Shown piece by piece: positions 51,401 through 63,829 of a stretch of DNA of 64,000 nucleotides. Position 1 is the first letter of the stretch. Every line of letters starts with the position of its first letter. The notes below the pieces were generated by a model, which was not told the DNA's origin, did no database searches, and saw only the letters and a list, made by a program, of their open reading frames with translations. The DNA is from Dimorphilus gyrociliatus (taxonomy: Eukaryota; Animalia; Annelida). The DNA is taken from contig CAJFCJ010000012.1 in NCBI GenBank assembly GCA_904063045.1, positions 1,612,001 through 1,676,000 of the forward strand. The letters are read 5' to 3'. Both the position numbers and the translations under genes were made by a program.

Positions 51401-52056
51401 ACATTCCTTAATAAAATGTGTTTTGTAGGAATATCGAGGGTCTGATATAGGAAAACCCCAAGGTCATTCGCCGCTTGTCCATGGGCTAGTAATATTTCAA
51501 CACACAGAAAATTTCTTAATGAGAAGCTCTTGACCACTGAACAACTTCTAGATTGTTCCACCACGTAGGATCTCCTTAGGTCGTCTTCAAGGTTCTTTTC
51601 TTGACTTTTTATAGATCTCAAGAGAATGAAAGGCGCCCTTGGCCTTCGGTCAACTGAATGTATGAAATCGACGATAATTCCAACACAATTAACGTGACCA
51701 TTCTCAACAGCGGAGTAAAGAGCGGTTTTACCTTGCTTATCACGTTTCTCTAAATCGGCACCATGAGATAAAAGATACATAATAATTTTATGATAACCTC
51801 TTGCCGAAGCCTTATGTAAAGCCGTTCGTCCATTGGAATCGGGGACATTAATAATAGTTTTGTTGGACTTGTAGTACTTTCGTACTTCATCCACGTCATT
51901 TCTGCAAACGGCTTCAAAGAAACCGGAATCAGCTGAGTCAGGTTCGGAAATGTTAGAAATAGATGTCCATAAAGCTTTTGGAGGAGGAAGAGCCGTGGTT
52001 GTGTCATCTCTCTTCGCCTCCTGCTTTTTCAACTTGTTTGAAATTTTCTTCAACAT
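48475..52056 (-). CDS. Roco-family GTPase: ankyrin repeats, LRR, Roc, COR; no kinase domain; intronless
   Basis: ANK (GRTALHKAS, GKTALYSAV), LRRs (LDVSENRLTSLP), Roc P-loop VVVGQEKCGKTSL, FDCGG, VGTHAD, COR-type IPRRWSQL and VIVLQPEWL. No HRD/DFG kinase motifs seen before the stop. Confidence 0.88.
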   Translation of the reverse strand: MLKKISNKLKKQEAKRDDTTTALPPPKALWTSISNISEPDSADSGFFEAVCRNDVDEVRKYYKSNKTIINVPDSNGRTALHKASARGYHKIIMYLLSHGADLEKRDKQGKTALYSAVENGHVNCVGIIVDFIHSVDRRPRAPFILLRSIKSQEKNLEDDLRRSYVVEQSRSCSVVKSFSLRNFLCVEILLAHGQAANDLGVFLYQTLDIPTKHILLRNVKGDMNTSNISKCFPSKTITLTILKSSIRAGNLLNFSSLKNLIIVECGMRQLQLEGLDSLESLDVSENRLTSLPASIGRFKQLKVIRAVKNHLTCLPPFELTNLEILDVSWNQLKILPNQLCSCTSLRQLNVSNNQLISLPEDIGLCSQLRTIDLEQNKLKTVPTSLSTLNKLKDIILNYNPLEDVSDELSVQELKSYLRILTEDPVPCNTMKMVVVGQEKCGKTSLIKRLHPVHNSTNVVRRLSQLKLSARPNMRQASRVKSVDVRQVNLGEEIVLKIFDCGGSADLYDDHGFFLTAGAVYVTVFKMNEWTECTVERSNFLLGRLQLWLSYIYSKAPNASVIIVGTHADHSSLNDDLKQEIWTEVRKLLSRCKIKHTRMDSCSDCILCTVGCLPQRRPPTGNLTANDIENATDDSGGADGVQSPLFSPHIIAYFEVSSPDGANIESLKTYMENICRKTISLNSYIPRRWSQLQDSLNRIEKPVITMDEMAKLAQVHGVKNDEEFLLMLARFANSGSVVTASRSNNTVIVLQPEWLAKCLSTIHAIPSDPNNVGLIQEDLLLKQLDQDALSFLLSLSICIRLSGTKLLLAPSRLPAGYPPETSWRKFPEDDELQFVFMVTLPTIAPPSFFPDLTVALRKNRTDEVYEGVKSTYLLTHIVEVIDGFAYHIQLKRNVLLLEIRTTFDRDIHEGIDILDRILDKVTSTYEGLKSQASMNSRLLNTIICPGCLFNNVENPARFPSIILSYDDESDVSCEQGHQLGANFEFIKGQIPKKLIPKEKSDLSAKCNGFPTYFVVLPAVGDGLNIAKQTIYPNQYSAYALHAVCEFPDGLHISPEEGLALHRNVDEIMHKYGPHTLAVLQLLRITSDSSVLANDMAVRTKQITQTLDGMLKDLEAKFKISTLKYPLDKVDSNFLRSRLNLASNCRRICGLTKIQFDGRSIWVCDRHYRQLLPKETDHSDYFNLLNATLRKESLA

Positions 52057-54691
52057 TCTCTCTCCTATGTTGCGTTGAAATCGCGCCCAATAACTTTAAG
52101 GCCAATAATGTTCAATATATATTCGACAATCAAATCCTGAAAGCAGGTAAATAGGCCTATTCGCCTTTCACAAAGGGAGGGAATAAGAAAAAAGCCTAGC
52201 TTAAACATACTATATAACCGATATTTATCTTTTAGTAAAAAAAACAAGGAAGAGGAGAAAAAGTGATATTACTCATACAAGATAAGGATGTTACTTATCT
52301 ATATTTGAAACGATTATAGATGAAAACGGAGTGAATAGGAAGATAATATGCTCTTAAAGATAAATTAATTAACTAATGTAACGCGATTGATAAATAATTA
52401 ACAAAGTCATCTGAATTAGTTGAAACCTTTTGTCTTATTCGAATAATTAGATATAATTAAATTGGATTACTTAGTATATATATTATAAATACATTATTAA
52501 GTATAACGTAAATATGTACACATACTCGTCTCTCATTTTTTTCATTCTCTTCCCCCCTTCATTGATTATTAATAATAAGGCTTTTTTTAGTATGAAAAGA
52601 GGAAGACGAGGAAGAAGAGGGAAAAGAAATTAAAACTATATACGAATATATGCTATATATATAATTTTTTTATTATATATAGTATAGCCTTCTTATATTT
52701 TCTTTTTTGTTGTTCTATCCTTTAAAGAGGACTTTCCTTTCCAGTAATTTTTTGAGGAGGAGAGAAACTAGTTTATTCGATATTATTACTTTAATCTTCA
52801 AATGAATAATGAAATTGAAAAGTTTCGTTTGAAGACGTTCTTCCTTATAAAACTGACATATCGCTGTGGGCATATTCAGTCTTTAAACTAGTTAACAGTA
52901 CTCGAACCTTTTTCAAAGGCGATCAATTGCATTTAAAGAAAAAAGAACAGAAAACACAAATAAGGCAGGAAGAGAAATACTAACTGCAACTAACTAAATC
53001 TCTATTTTCCGTGCGTGCTTTAGTGACTATGCGTGGTGCGTTTCTCTACCTTCACCTCTCTTTTTGTGTGTTGTCTGCATGATGTTTGGGTATGATTTCT
53101 ACGCGAATTATTAAGTTATCAATTAATTTCTATTCTCTACGTTTTTATCCGAAATTCTTTGTCTACTATTCAAAGGAGCAAGTTAAAATTCATATGGAAG
53201 AAAAAACAGTGTAAATATACCGGAAACGGGGATATTTTTACATGTTTCTTATTGTACGTTATTCGATAGAATAAGTCTTTAAGTAAAGAGAGAACGTAAG
53301 AAAATTTCTTCTTGACCTATACTATATATTTATAAAATTTTACAGCTATTGTTTATATACGCATAACAAGAGTAAGGAAAAGGTTGAATTTAGATCTCTC
53401 CTCCAACGCTAAATATACGTTGGACGGTGAGGCGATGACCTTAACTTCACTCTTCTATCTTTAGATAAAAGGATAATGTAAACGTATTAGAGTATTTATT
53501 AAATTTTATCTTAATTGTGCTGGAATGATATGTAACTTTTCTATTTGATTAAATCAAACCTTGTCGAACGATCTTTTCATTTTAATATCCGTAAACGCTG
53601 TTACTGTGCAGTCTTCAATTATTTAAATGGATTCTGGGTTAATGTACGTCAGCCTGTTTACATTTGAAGTTAGTTATATGACCTGTGTAGTTTTTCACTT
53701 TTCTGGATTCATATTCAGTCATAGTGACAAAATTCCTTTCTTTATTCAACAATAATTGCAAATTAATTAAATGTTAAAGTTAATAATATAGGTATATTTA
53801 AGGAAATTTCAGCCTATGTTTGATTACAAGTACATAAATTTTAGACTATTTATATATTGAAAAACAATATTATGTTTTTTATTTTATGGGTCAATTATAG
53901 GACATTGGAAAAGATGAGAATAGAAATCATTGGGCGGACATTTAGAGCAGGACAATGATTTATCTCATAGTTCATTAACCTATGGCGTATTAGCAGAGAA
54001 AACATTGAGGTTATCCCAGTACATCTTTGCGGCGTCTAGCCTATCAAGAGTTTATTAAGAAAGAAAAAATTTAGAGACGTCTAGTAACGTATATTAAAAA
54101 AATATAAACATACAAATGCTGATAATATACCATATATATATGTATGTATATTAGTTCTATGTAACAAAGACTAATAATGGAAAGAGTACACCATCACTCA
54201 TTCACTTCTATTCTTAAACCAGCTTTCATTCTGTTATAAAGAGAAAAGCTGTAGGAGGTTTATATTTAAGAAAAAATAGAATCCACAGAATATTTTATAT
54301 AGTAATACGTATTTTGAATATATATTTGCATTTATAGTATAGATATAAACATAAACATAGTGAACATAGTGGCGTGCATCACTAGATCGTGAGCAGATTA
54401 TTAACATTTAAAATATAGTTCTTAAAATATTAATTAAGAAAAATATTTATTATATACTATGTCTGTTAATAATATTTTGATGAAATGAAAAGATTAACCA
54501 AAGATTTACTATCTAATCCTTTATTTCATTAAATCCATTTAATATAATATTTATGAAGTATAGCATTTTTATAGCGAAAATAAAAAATAAATGAAGCCAT
54601 AGGAGACTTTTTTTATTAATTGATAAAAAATAAATTTAATAAATTTAAGATGAATCTAGACTTATGAAATTCTATAGATAGGTATATATAT

Positions 54692-54695
<4 letters not shown>

Positions 54696-54724
<29 letters not shown>
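54696..54724. repeat. (AT)n microsatellite
   Basis: Direct dinucleotide run. Confidence 0.85.
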
Positions 54725-54726
<2 letters not shown>

Positions 54727-54851
54727 GTTTATAAATCATTGCCGTCTGCGAGCCTGAGGAGAGCATAAAATCTGTAAAGGCACTCTAAACGCTAATAGGT
54801 TAGCGCTCTAACGCTCGTGGTGACGCCCGCTCTGGTTTTCACTTACAGAAT

Positions 54852-55844
54852 ATGGAGGATAGTGGACGGAAGGCGCAGCTATTCTTTGTCTCTGCAGCCT
54901 TTACGGTTAGCCTTTTATGTAATGTTGGAGTTTTCGTCATCTTCTATAGGAAGAAGAGCTTGATGAGTACATCGAATAAATTTGTTCTAAGTCACACCTT
55001 GGTAAACACTTTTATCAGTATTTTTGTTCATCCAACTTTACTGGTTTCAACGGCATTCAACGAATGGCCACTGAGTGAATTTTTCTGCAAACTTGTCGGC
55101 TGTGTCTTCTGTTCACTAGTCGCTTCTTCCACGTTGTCTCTTCTACTTATTACTATAGACAGATGGTTAGCCGTTACAAAGGCCCTCCGATATCCTTCTA
55201 TTATGACTAGGGTCAAGTCGAATACTTTAGTGGCTCTATCTTGGCTTATCTCTTTACTAATCGGCTTTGTAGCCCCTCTAGTTGAGTACCAGCCATCACT
55301 AAGTATCTGCTGGCCGAGTTGGAAGAGGGGAGACTGGTTTGGAACGACTTATTTTTCACTGATTTTTGCTACTCCTCTATTGTCCATGATATGGATTTAC
55401 GGTAGCCTCCTACATCAAGTAAATAGAAGTTGTCGAGAAGCAAGGAGGAATAGTCAGTTGTCTAGTAATTTAGATGATAGAAGGCCGAGTAGATCAAGCT
55501 TCACAGCAAGAATGCTAGAGATCTTCCATAAAGATAACATGATGGCTGCGAAAACTTGCCTTATAATGACTGCAACGTATGCCTTTTGCTGGGCACCATT
55601 CTTTACAGTATTGCTTTTGGCATCTCTGCAGCATAACCCACCGACCGTTGTATGCCTAATTGCCCTTGATTTCGCTCTATTATCTTGCATAGTTAACCCT
55701 GTCATATATGTATTTCGAAATAAGCAAGTGCGAACTGAGATGAACTCGATGGCAGACAACAGAGGTCGATGCTTGAAACGGATATGTGTTGCAGTACGAT
55801 GTTCCAAAAATGATAAGCAGAGTATTCCAGTTACCAGCGTCTAG
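54852..55844 (+). CDS. Rhodopsin-class GPCR, GPR161/GPR101-like, intronless CDS (splice acceptor at 54847-54848 just upstream)
   Basis: Seven hydrophobic helices, DRW, CWAPF and NPVIY motifs; SNKFVLS and RYPSIMT resemble recalled GPR161 SNKFVFS and YPMKIT. Confidence 0.85.
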   Translation: MEDSGRKAQLFFVSAAFTVSLLCNVGVFVIFYRKKSLMSTSNKFVLSHTLVNTFISIFVHPTLLVSTAFNEWPLSEFFCKLVGCVFCSLVASSTLSLLLITIDRWLAVTKALRYPSIMTRVKSNTLVALSWLISLLIGFVAPLVEYQPSLSICWPSWKRGDWFGTTYFSLIFATPLLSMIWIYGSLLHQVNRSCREARRNSQLSSNLDDRRPSRSSFTARMLEIFHKDNMMAAKTCLIMTATYAFCWAPFFTVLLLASLQHNPPTVVCLIALDFALLSCIVNPVIYVFRNKQVRTEMNSMADNRGRCLKRICVAVRCSKNDKQSIPVTSV

Positions 55845-56273
55845 TACGTTCTTCTTCCTAATCCAATTTTCATTCTGATTCTAAAAAGACAACTTTTCAA
55901 TATTTACTTTCAAAATTCATTATTTAATTGTTAACATTTCAACAATTGTATTTTTTTACAAGTTCTGATTCATGTTTTCTATCGATGAATTTTAAAGGAT
56001 ATCTGTTAAAGTTCACATTCGACAAGTGCCATAAAAACAGCTCATTATTAGACTTGGAACAAAATATGACAAGCCGAACCCTAGACATCCACAATTGATT
56101 CACCTTGACCTTTGAAAAGACGTCTTTTTTCTCTGACGCTCCTCGTTAACGATGAGAGAGAATGGGATAGAAAGAGGGAAAATGAGCAAGCAGTGTAAAC
56201 GATTTTGGATAACTGGGTAAAAGTTAAGATTTGCATAAACCCTCTTTTCCCTGCAGAAAAAAAGCCATAGAAA

Positions 56274-56276
<3 letters not shown>

Positions 56277-56303
<27 letters not shown>
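56277..56303. repeat. (AT)n microsatellite
   Basis: Direct dinucleotide run. Confidence 0.85.
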
Positions 56304-56308
<5 letters not shown>

Positions 56309-58375
56309 TCAATATATATATATATATACTGTATATATACATAAAGGATGAATATACTGTGATACAAATCGTCTTACATCAGCTGCTCTCAAATAGAAAC
56401 AATGAAACGTGACCGTCATCCACAATTTTCGTGCTAATAGAAAAAAAGACAGTTTCATACGAAAGAAAAAAAAAAAACAAGAAGTGAAAGAGAAGGAAGA
56501 GAAATCTACTCACGTAAAGAACATTCGAGCATGAGGTTTAATTAATCGCCTGTGTGTTTGTTAAGGCCTACGTATTTTAGTCAAAATGGAACAAAACAAG
56601 GGAAAAGACAGTTTGTCTATTTTACTATTGTACAAGCAAAAATCCTGTAATTAACTGTCTCACATATTTAAAAAATGGACGGATAAAGAAGCTAATGATC
56701 TAGACAGCAATATATCATCAACTTCAATAAATCACAAGTCTGAACTGTCCTGAAAATAGGACAATAAAATTACTAACTTAAGTGATTCTATATATTAATA
56801 ATTTAATAGAGAATCTATATTCAAAGTAAACATAAATTTCCGTTGTTCAAGGTTTAAAAATTGGTATCTAGTATTATACATATTTGGCGCTCTTAAAAAT
56901 AGCGGAAATGAGAGAATGAGACATTTAGGCAGACAGACAGACAGATAGACGACAGCCAAATGAATAAGACCACGAAAGTAATTTGCTACCGTAAAAATGT
57001 CGACCTTCGAATGTATGCACAGATTTTTTTGTCTCCAATTCCCAATTGAAAGCACGAATAAACAAAAAAACAAAAAAGTGGAAAAAATAAGAAATAAAGG
57101 GAAGAGAGAGCAAAAGAGATAGAGAGATAGATAAAAAGATAGATAGAGATAGAAAGAGGAAAATAGAAATTATCAAAGAAAACGAATGGAAAAAAAATTT
57201 TTTTTGGCCAGGAGATAGTGAAATTTTTATCTTAACATATTCTCTTGCGATCCTCTCCTGCATTTATTCATTTCCCTTTTATATAAACTTGTATTAAAAT
57301 GACAGCAAATTGTTAAAAATGGGCTTATCTATTTATAAAGTGAAAAGACTATATATACAGTACATTCTATCATATAGACATCACAGACAGTCAATCTAAC
57401 TGTAAAATACATCGTGTTTTTTACATTTTAGCATAATATTAAATAAAATTCTCATGATATAAAATATACAGAATATATGTACAAGAATATTTATATTTAT
57501 ACATGTGAGATATATGTTAATGTATTTCTGCAAATCTACGCATGTTACCAGTCATAATTGACCATATACAGTATGTATAACTTATTAATGGTGATATAAT
57601 AAACGTACAATAATTATACTATTCGAAGCTAATTCACTGAATGCGCTACTGTTTTGCTTATGGAACCGTGAAGAAGCATGCACTACTATATTAAAAAAAA
57701 AGTAGATGCTCTCGTTTTATGAGGACAGCGACACATTTCATTAACTTTTGTCAACAACTTAAATTATAAAGTAATAAAGAACTCCATCCCTCAGTTTTTC
57801 TAATTTTGCCCTAGTTCTCTTCTCACTTTTAGTTGTCTAAATAGTTTTTAACGAAAAACTAGTCTCATAATTAGCCCAAATGAATAGTAAATTCCTTAAT
57901 AATCCTATAAAAGAACTAATAAGTCGAGAAGGGAATAAGGCAAACTCATCTATTCCTTTCCATATTAGGCCACAAAAAAAAAGGAAAAATAAAATAGTAT
58001 AGGAGAAGAGTAGATATTCTAGTGGGAGGTGGGATGATAACTAAAGAAATAGACAATTTAATAATAATTTCGTTTTATAATAGAATATAAACCGATTGCT
58101 ATAAAGTAATAAACGTCTAAACTAGAATAATATTATATATACTGAGTATATATATATACCTATACGTAGACTGTAGATGTATGTTATATGTATATCAAAA
58201 TATTAATTTAGCAAACACTATAATTGAGCTAATTATCAAAGATATTCTAATTCTACAAAAGCCAAATACAGGGTTTATACATTTTACGATTTTATTCTAT
58301 ATGAAAAAGAAATGAACAAAGGAAAGACGTAAGTAAACGTGATAAAATATATTAAAGAAATGAGAGAAAAAGAAT

Positions 58376-58382
<7 letters not shown>

Positions 58383-58414
<32 letters not shown>
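58383..58414. repeat. (AG)n microsatellite
   Basis: Direct dinucleotide run. Confidence 0.9.
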
Positions 58415-58415
<1 letters not shown>

Positions 58416-61400
58416 AAGGGAGAAAGGGAGGGAGAGAAAAAAAAACAAACAAAAGAATATTGGTTAACTGTATATACAATACTGTGTAGTTTTTATGTTT
58501 CCTTCTGATCTAAAATCCAGTATTGCATAAAACAAAATGATGATTAAAAAAAAATTTAAATAAAACAAAAAAAGTGAAAAGAAACACAAAAGAGAAAAAC
58601 TCTCATTATCGATTTATATTTGTATACAAGTATATAACGTTTTTATTCTTTTTCTAGTGTTTGTTTTTGTTCTGCTTTATGTTTAATGTAAAAAAGGAAG
58701 AAGAAAAAAAAACAACATAAAAAAAATTGTTATTAATATTTGGTCTGTATATGTTATTGTTTTGAAGTATTTCAATATATTATTATTTTAAATAAGGAAT
58801 AAATGAGCAATTATTTACTATTAATAAGTATTAAAAACAATTCATATTTACAGTATTATATATTCAACCTTTATTTCTTTATTGTTTTTAATTTAAAGAT
58901 AAAGAAAACACCTTTCTAATTATTTAAAGATTGTAAAAAAATTCTAGGAAAGTTATCTTCTTTCTAATTTTCATACTTTCGTTACTTCCCTTGTAATACT
59001 GTATATTCAGTTGTATACATATACATATATAGACATGCTCTATATAAAAATCAATTAAAGTGCACGAGAGAGAAAAAATTTCATAAAAAACTTTAGAGTG
59101 GCATTTGAACTTTGTATAATTTCAAGGACATTTAGTAAATACACTACGTCATTTATCCTAGAAATCATGTTCATATTTATATAAAACAAAAAGAATAGAG
59201 AAATATCATATAAAAAACATTACACCATTTTCATATCAAGCCTAGAGAGTTGCCATAATCAGCTTTCTTCTCTATATTGTCAGGATCCTAACCAATTTTA
59301 CTTACATAAATTTCATTTTAGAACTAGACTATATTTTTCCTTAAAAGAAAAGGGCAAGAGAGAAAAAGAAGGATTGGTAGAAAGAGAAAAGGGCATAGTG
59401 GGTTAATAAGCAACCCTAGCTCAATAACTTTTCTTCCCTTACCGAAATGACGAGATTGGGAATTGTTTAAACAAGGATGATAATAATAAAAATTATAAAT
59501 ATGTAGATAGATGGATATGAAGAGTACTGAAGACATGGTAGGAATAATAATTGCAGTAGTTGTAAATAATAATGAATAAAAAAGATAAATAGTCTATATT
59601 TAGAAGTTTAAATAATTTTTCCTCGTTTTTTCTTCCTTTAATTTTTTAATTGCTTTTTTCGTTTCAATAAACCAAAATAATAATTTTTTCGAACAATCTT
59701 AAAAGAAAAATACGAATGACATTTCTCTTTAGGCATTCGCATGTAAGAAATGTATTATAAATGGTTCACATACCCTTCCCTCCTCCTCATTGTTTCCTTC
59801 TCTTATATTTCTTATGTACACCCAATATCCTTAATCTAAAAAATGAGATTCTCTCGTTAAATTCATTACTGAAATAGACAAGACTATTTTTTTTATATCA
59901 TAAATTATAAATAAAAGGTTTGAAACAACAGTTCAATGTCCTGTTTAGGCTCCTAACAAAAAAATAGGAGATATGTGTTTATAAACAAAGAGAGAAATGA
60001 AATACTGCGATATTTCGCAACATTCGACTAACAGAAATCTATACAAATGCGCAATATACAGATTTAATAATTGGAATTAGCAGATACTATAAATTAACTT
60101 TCGTTAATTACAGAAATGTGACAAACAAGAAAAGTCTCTTTTCATTTTCTATTTCAAGTTTTTTGACGAAGAAAGGAACACGCTTCAAATAATATATAAG
60201 AATACATCTCTAGTTCAATTAAATAATCATCTATAATTAGCGCTAGTCTATTCCTTGTACAATCGACCACTGTGTAGCATTAAACGTCCTATAATTATGT
60301 AATCTAGATGAAAGTATAATTAATTAAACACGTATTTACATATTAATACTGAAATATGTACAGTTGTGTACAAACATTTTAACGATACTACTATATTTGT
60401 TTATTTTCTTTATCATTACTCTTCGATATTTTCATCCATATTGACGACTACTCGACTTGTAACATTTTCTTTTCAATCAAATATAGCGAATTATTCCAAA
60501 AATACGTAAAATTTAACAAATCCAATTAAATTAATAGATAAATAAACTAAAAAGATAAATATTATTCTAAATGTATGGATTAAGCAATGTCTTTTATCCA
60601 AATAGCTTCATTTAATACTAGATGATGGACATGAAATCAATTGACAAAAGAGAATAACATCAAAATAATGATTGTATTGTAACTTTTAATATTAATATTT
60701 TAAAATACTGAAATACTTTAAACATATAAAAAGTATTCAAATCGAGAGATTATGGAGAATGAGGATAGATGGATGGATTTTAGATTAAAAAAAGTTGATT
60801 GAATAAAACGAATAAAAAGACAAAGAAAAACAGGTGATTAACAAGGGCTTATAGAAAATACAGAAAAAAAAAATATCCAGGGTATTTTTCTTATCATTGT
60901 ATAAAAATTGATTCAATTAATTCAATTAAATACATTTTCAGTTTGTATTTTTCTTTCGATGTCTTATTAAAAATTGATTATACAAATTATTAATATATAA
61001 TTATGTTAATACATAGATAAAGCTTGAGTATTCTGCACTATCACTATACGGTATATACAAATTTATATATACTTACTGTATACATATTGTATATATATAT
61101 ATATTTTATACTGTATATTGTTATTAAAAATAGAAATAAGATTTCTATTTGGAAGAGGAAGCTTATAAGGTTAAGATTTTTAAATTTCTGCTTCCTGTTT
61201 ATAAGTTTCTTCTCTTTACCTTAGTTACTTTCTCTACTTTCCTGTTTTATATCTAATTAGGAAAAACTCCTTGAGAAGTCTTGTTTTGCAAAAAGAATAC
61301 GAATGCTAACAAAAACTTTCTCGTATTCTTTGTAATGTACACATATAAATTTTATTTCTATATATTCTATTAATATAGATTTTCGTTTCCTTTACTCCTA

Positions 61401-63496
61401 TTCGTAATCATTCTGTTATATTCATATTGAAAATAGATGCTGAAATGAAACATTTTCCCAACTGACTTTCAGAACAACGCTAATTATCAGGACTTTTTCC
61501 CCTCCATCAAACATTTATCTATAAGCGGAATGTTTTTTTTTCTAGATTCTATTTAATAAATGAATATTTAAAATTTGCAGCTTCAATACAGTATGAAAAA
61601 CAAGCGGAAAGAAACAATTTTTTTATTTTATAAATAAAGAAGTATTGAAGAATTATAATTTTCTTTCCCCCACCCCCAGCTAAATAAGGATCATACCAAC
61701 AATGTTATTATTTTGTTAAACCTGAGCCTTTTCATATATTTATAAGAGAAGCTATATAAGAACAATAAATTATAAATTTTCTTCAATTTACCATCATTTT
61801 CTCTAGAGATCTAAAGCGTTATTTCTTAATTATCCGTCCTATTAATAACATTCAAAAAAGTAATTATATAGAAGGTTATGATGTAAATGGAAAAAAATGT
61901 ATTTTTCTAATATATTTTATTACCAGATCGAGGGAAAGGGTGAAGGAAGGTCAAGAGAGATTGACAAAAGCCATTAGGCGGGTTGAAAAAAGCGCAAGAG
62001 AAAAAGAAAATGAGAACGATAAAGAAAGAGAGATTGAGAGAGAAAAAGAAAAACTAGTCTCTGTAAATTCACTCAAAATTTACATATTTACCTTATATTT
62101 TATATAAAAAATTCATGAAGCTAATTATAAATCAAGGAAATTTTTAGCGCCCCTGGAATTTTTTTTCAAATTATTGTTATTATTAATAACTCCACCATTT
62201 CTTGTTTTTTAAGATACTTTTACAGTTTTTTTCACTTAAACGATTACAATAAAAGTAAAAGGAAAAGTCTCTTTTCTTTTCTATTTGATACTTTTATGGT
62301 ATTAATAATTTTGTAGAGAAAATTACCCTGCTTTGACTTAAATATCATTAATTATCTTTACAGCTTTTATATGTACTTTGCTACAAGATATTCTTGATTC
62401 TTCCTCCCTTTTTTTGCCCTATTCGCCCTCTCCACTATTTGTATCTAAAATGTAACAATGACTACTATCATAACTAGATATAAAACTATTATATGAATGA
62501 TACTTTGCTTTGGCAAAGGATTAGGCGAATGAAAATATTTAATTATAAAAACCCTTGTTTGTCACAAACTGTGTACTCAATTGAAGGTATTTTTTGGTTT
62601 GACTTTGTAGAAAAAACCCCTAACAGAGAGCTCCTAAATTTGAAATGACTGTCTCTCTAGAACAGAGTCCTCTCCAAGGTTGAAGCTTGTATGGAGATAA
62701 ATGATCTTAAAGCTAAGTAAACGGGTAACTATATATTTTCCTTTGAGGTACGAAACTAATATCAATAATACTCTTTTATATATCAGAATATATAAAATTT
62801 CCATTTCTCATGCTTAAAAGTTAATATTTCACTTCAAGAACATAGCAAGGTTATATGTTTGTCATCTTTCCTTCGTAAAAAACATAGTATTTAAGCATGC
62901 AAAATTCTATTCACTCCTTTCATCTATACTTTTCTTATTTTCTAATGTAGCAATTGTATTGTCTATTCTTCTCATTTTTAATAATATATTACCTAATTTA
63001 ATTATAATTTCCTTCACACTTGGCTGTTTTGTGTGACTTTCCTACATGTGCCTTTGAAACACCGCAGAAAGAAGATTCTTAAACCTACTGTGCAATTTTC
63101 ATAATAATAATTTCAAAAGACCTATCAAAATCAAGGTGTTTTTTACCAGTTGAAATATCAAACTACCAAAGAAAGAGTTGCTTGGAAACATCAATTTGCT
63201 TGAAATACGTCGTAGAGTAAAAAAAGGTTCACTTTTCACTTTCTAAATGTGACTAAACACCATTAAGGGGAGTTCACTTGATTATTTAAGATCATTTTTC
63301 TCGTTAGGTTACATTTTTTATGCGTTGAGAGGTTTTTATTCCTAAGAAATTGTAATGTATTCTTCTATTAGATATATTATCAAGTTTCTCAGCATATAAA
63401 TCCAAAAGAAAATGTCTTATACAAAAAAAAAACAATTTTTAATTTTTTCTCTTCAACAGAGATAATTTGATCAAAGAAATTAAAATTAACTTAGAT

Positions 63497-63829
63497 TCAC
63501 CATTTCCTATCTTTTGATAATTTTTCAATATTTTCTCTAGCTTTTAACCGGGCATCAATAATTTTTTTTCTATCTTGTATTCTATTATCGAATTCTTGTA
63601 ATTTTTTTGAAATATAGGAATTTTGCAGTCTGTCACTTTTTCTGAAAAGAAAAATTGAATAAATAATTAATTTACAGAATAAGTTAATAACTTACGAGGA
63701 GAAATAAAACGCTGCGGCCGTAATTGACAGAATGCCAAATATAAATACATTCTTTATTCGGTTAAACTTCGTACCAGTGTAATAACCAGTTCGCCTAGTT
63801 CGTTTTATATCTTTACCGAGCATGTCCAT
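63497..63829 (-). CDS. Putative 92-aa single-pass membrane microprotein (exons 63829-63696 and 63641-63497)
   Basis: Strong 54-nt intron (GTAAGT...TTTTCTTTTCAG) whose removal joins MDMLGKDIKRTRRTGYYTGTKFNRIKNVFIFGILSITAAAFYFS to SKSDRLQ...KLSKDRKW*. AATAAA lies about 160 nt downstream. Not in the ORF track. Confidence 0.6.

Noticed and set aside
56081-56236. 51-aa minus-strand ORF with a hydrophobic start and a KR site (neuropeptide-precursor-like)
   Set aside because: Weak signal peptide, no amidation or known peptide motif, and another frame is equally open; consistent with chance.
56676-56697. miR-184-like TGGACGGA
   Set aside because: Only an 8-nt match, with no complementary arm.
56795-61224. 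ORF-track entries at 56795, 56925, 58297, 59324 and 61024 (also 17361 and 41177)
   Set aside because: Low-complexity F/L/I/Y-rich translations of microsatellite or poly-A/T sequence, mostly with non-ATG starts.
61286-61335. AAAGAATACGA/TCGTATTCTTT inverted repeat
   Set aside because: Short AT-rich stem with a large loop; too weak for a miRNA or MITE call.
63497-63502. TG|GT donor joined to a downstream acceptor creating an in-frame TGA (selenocysteine or readthrough)
   Set aside because: No SECIS seen; a simple stop at TGG TGA explains the sequence.
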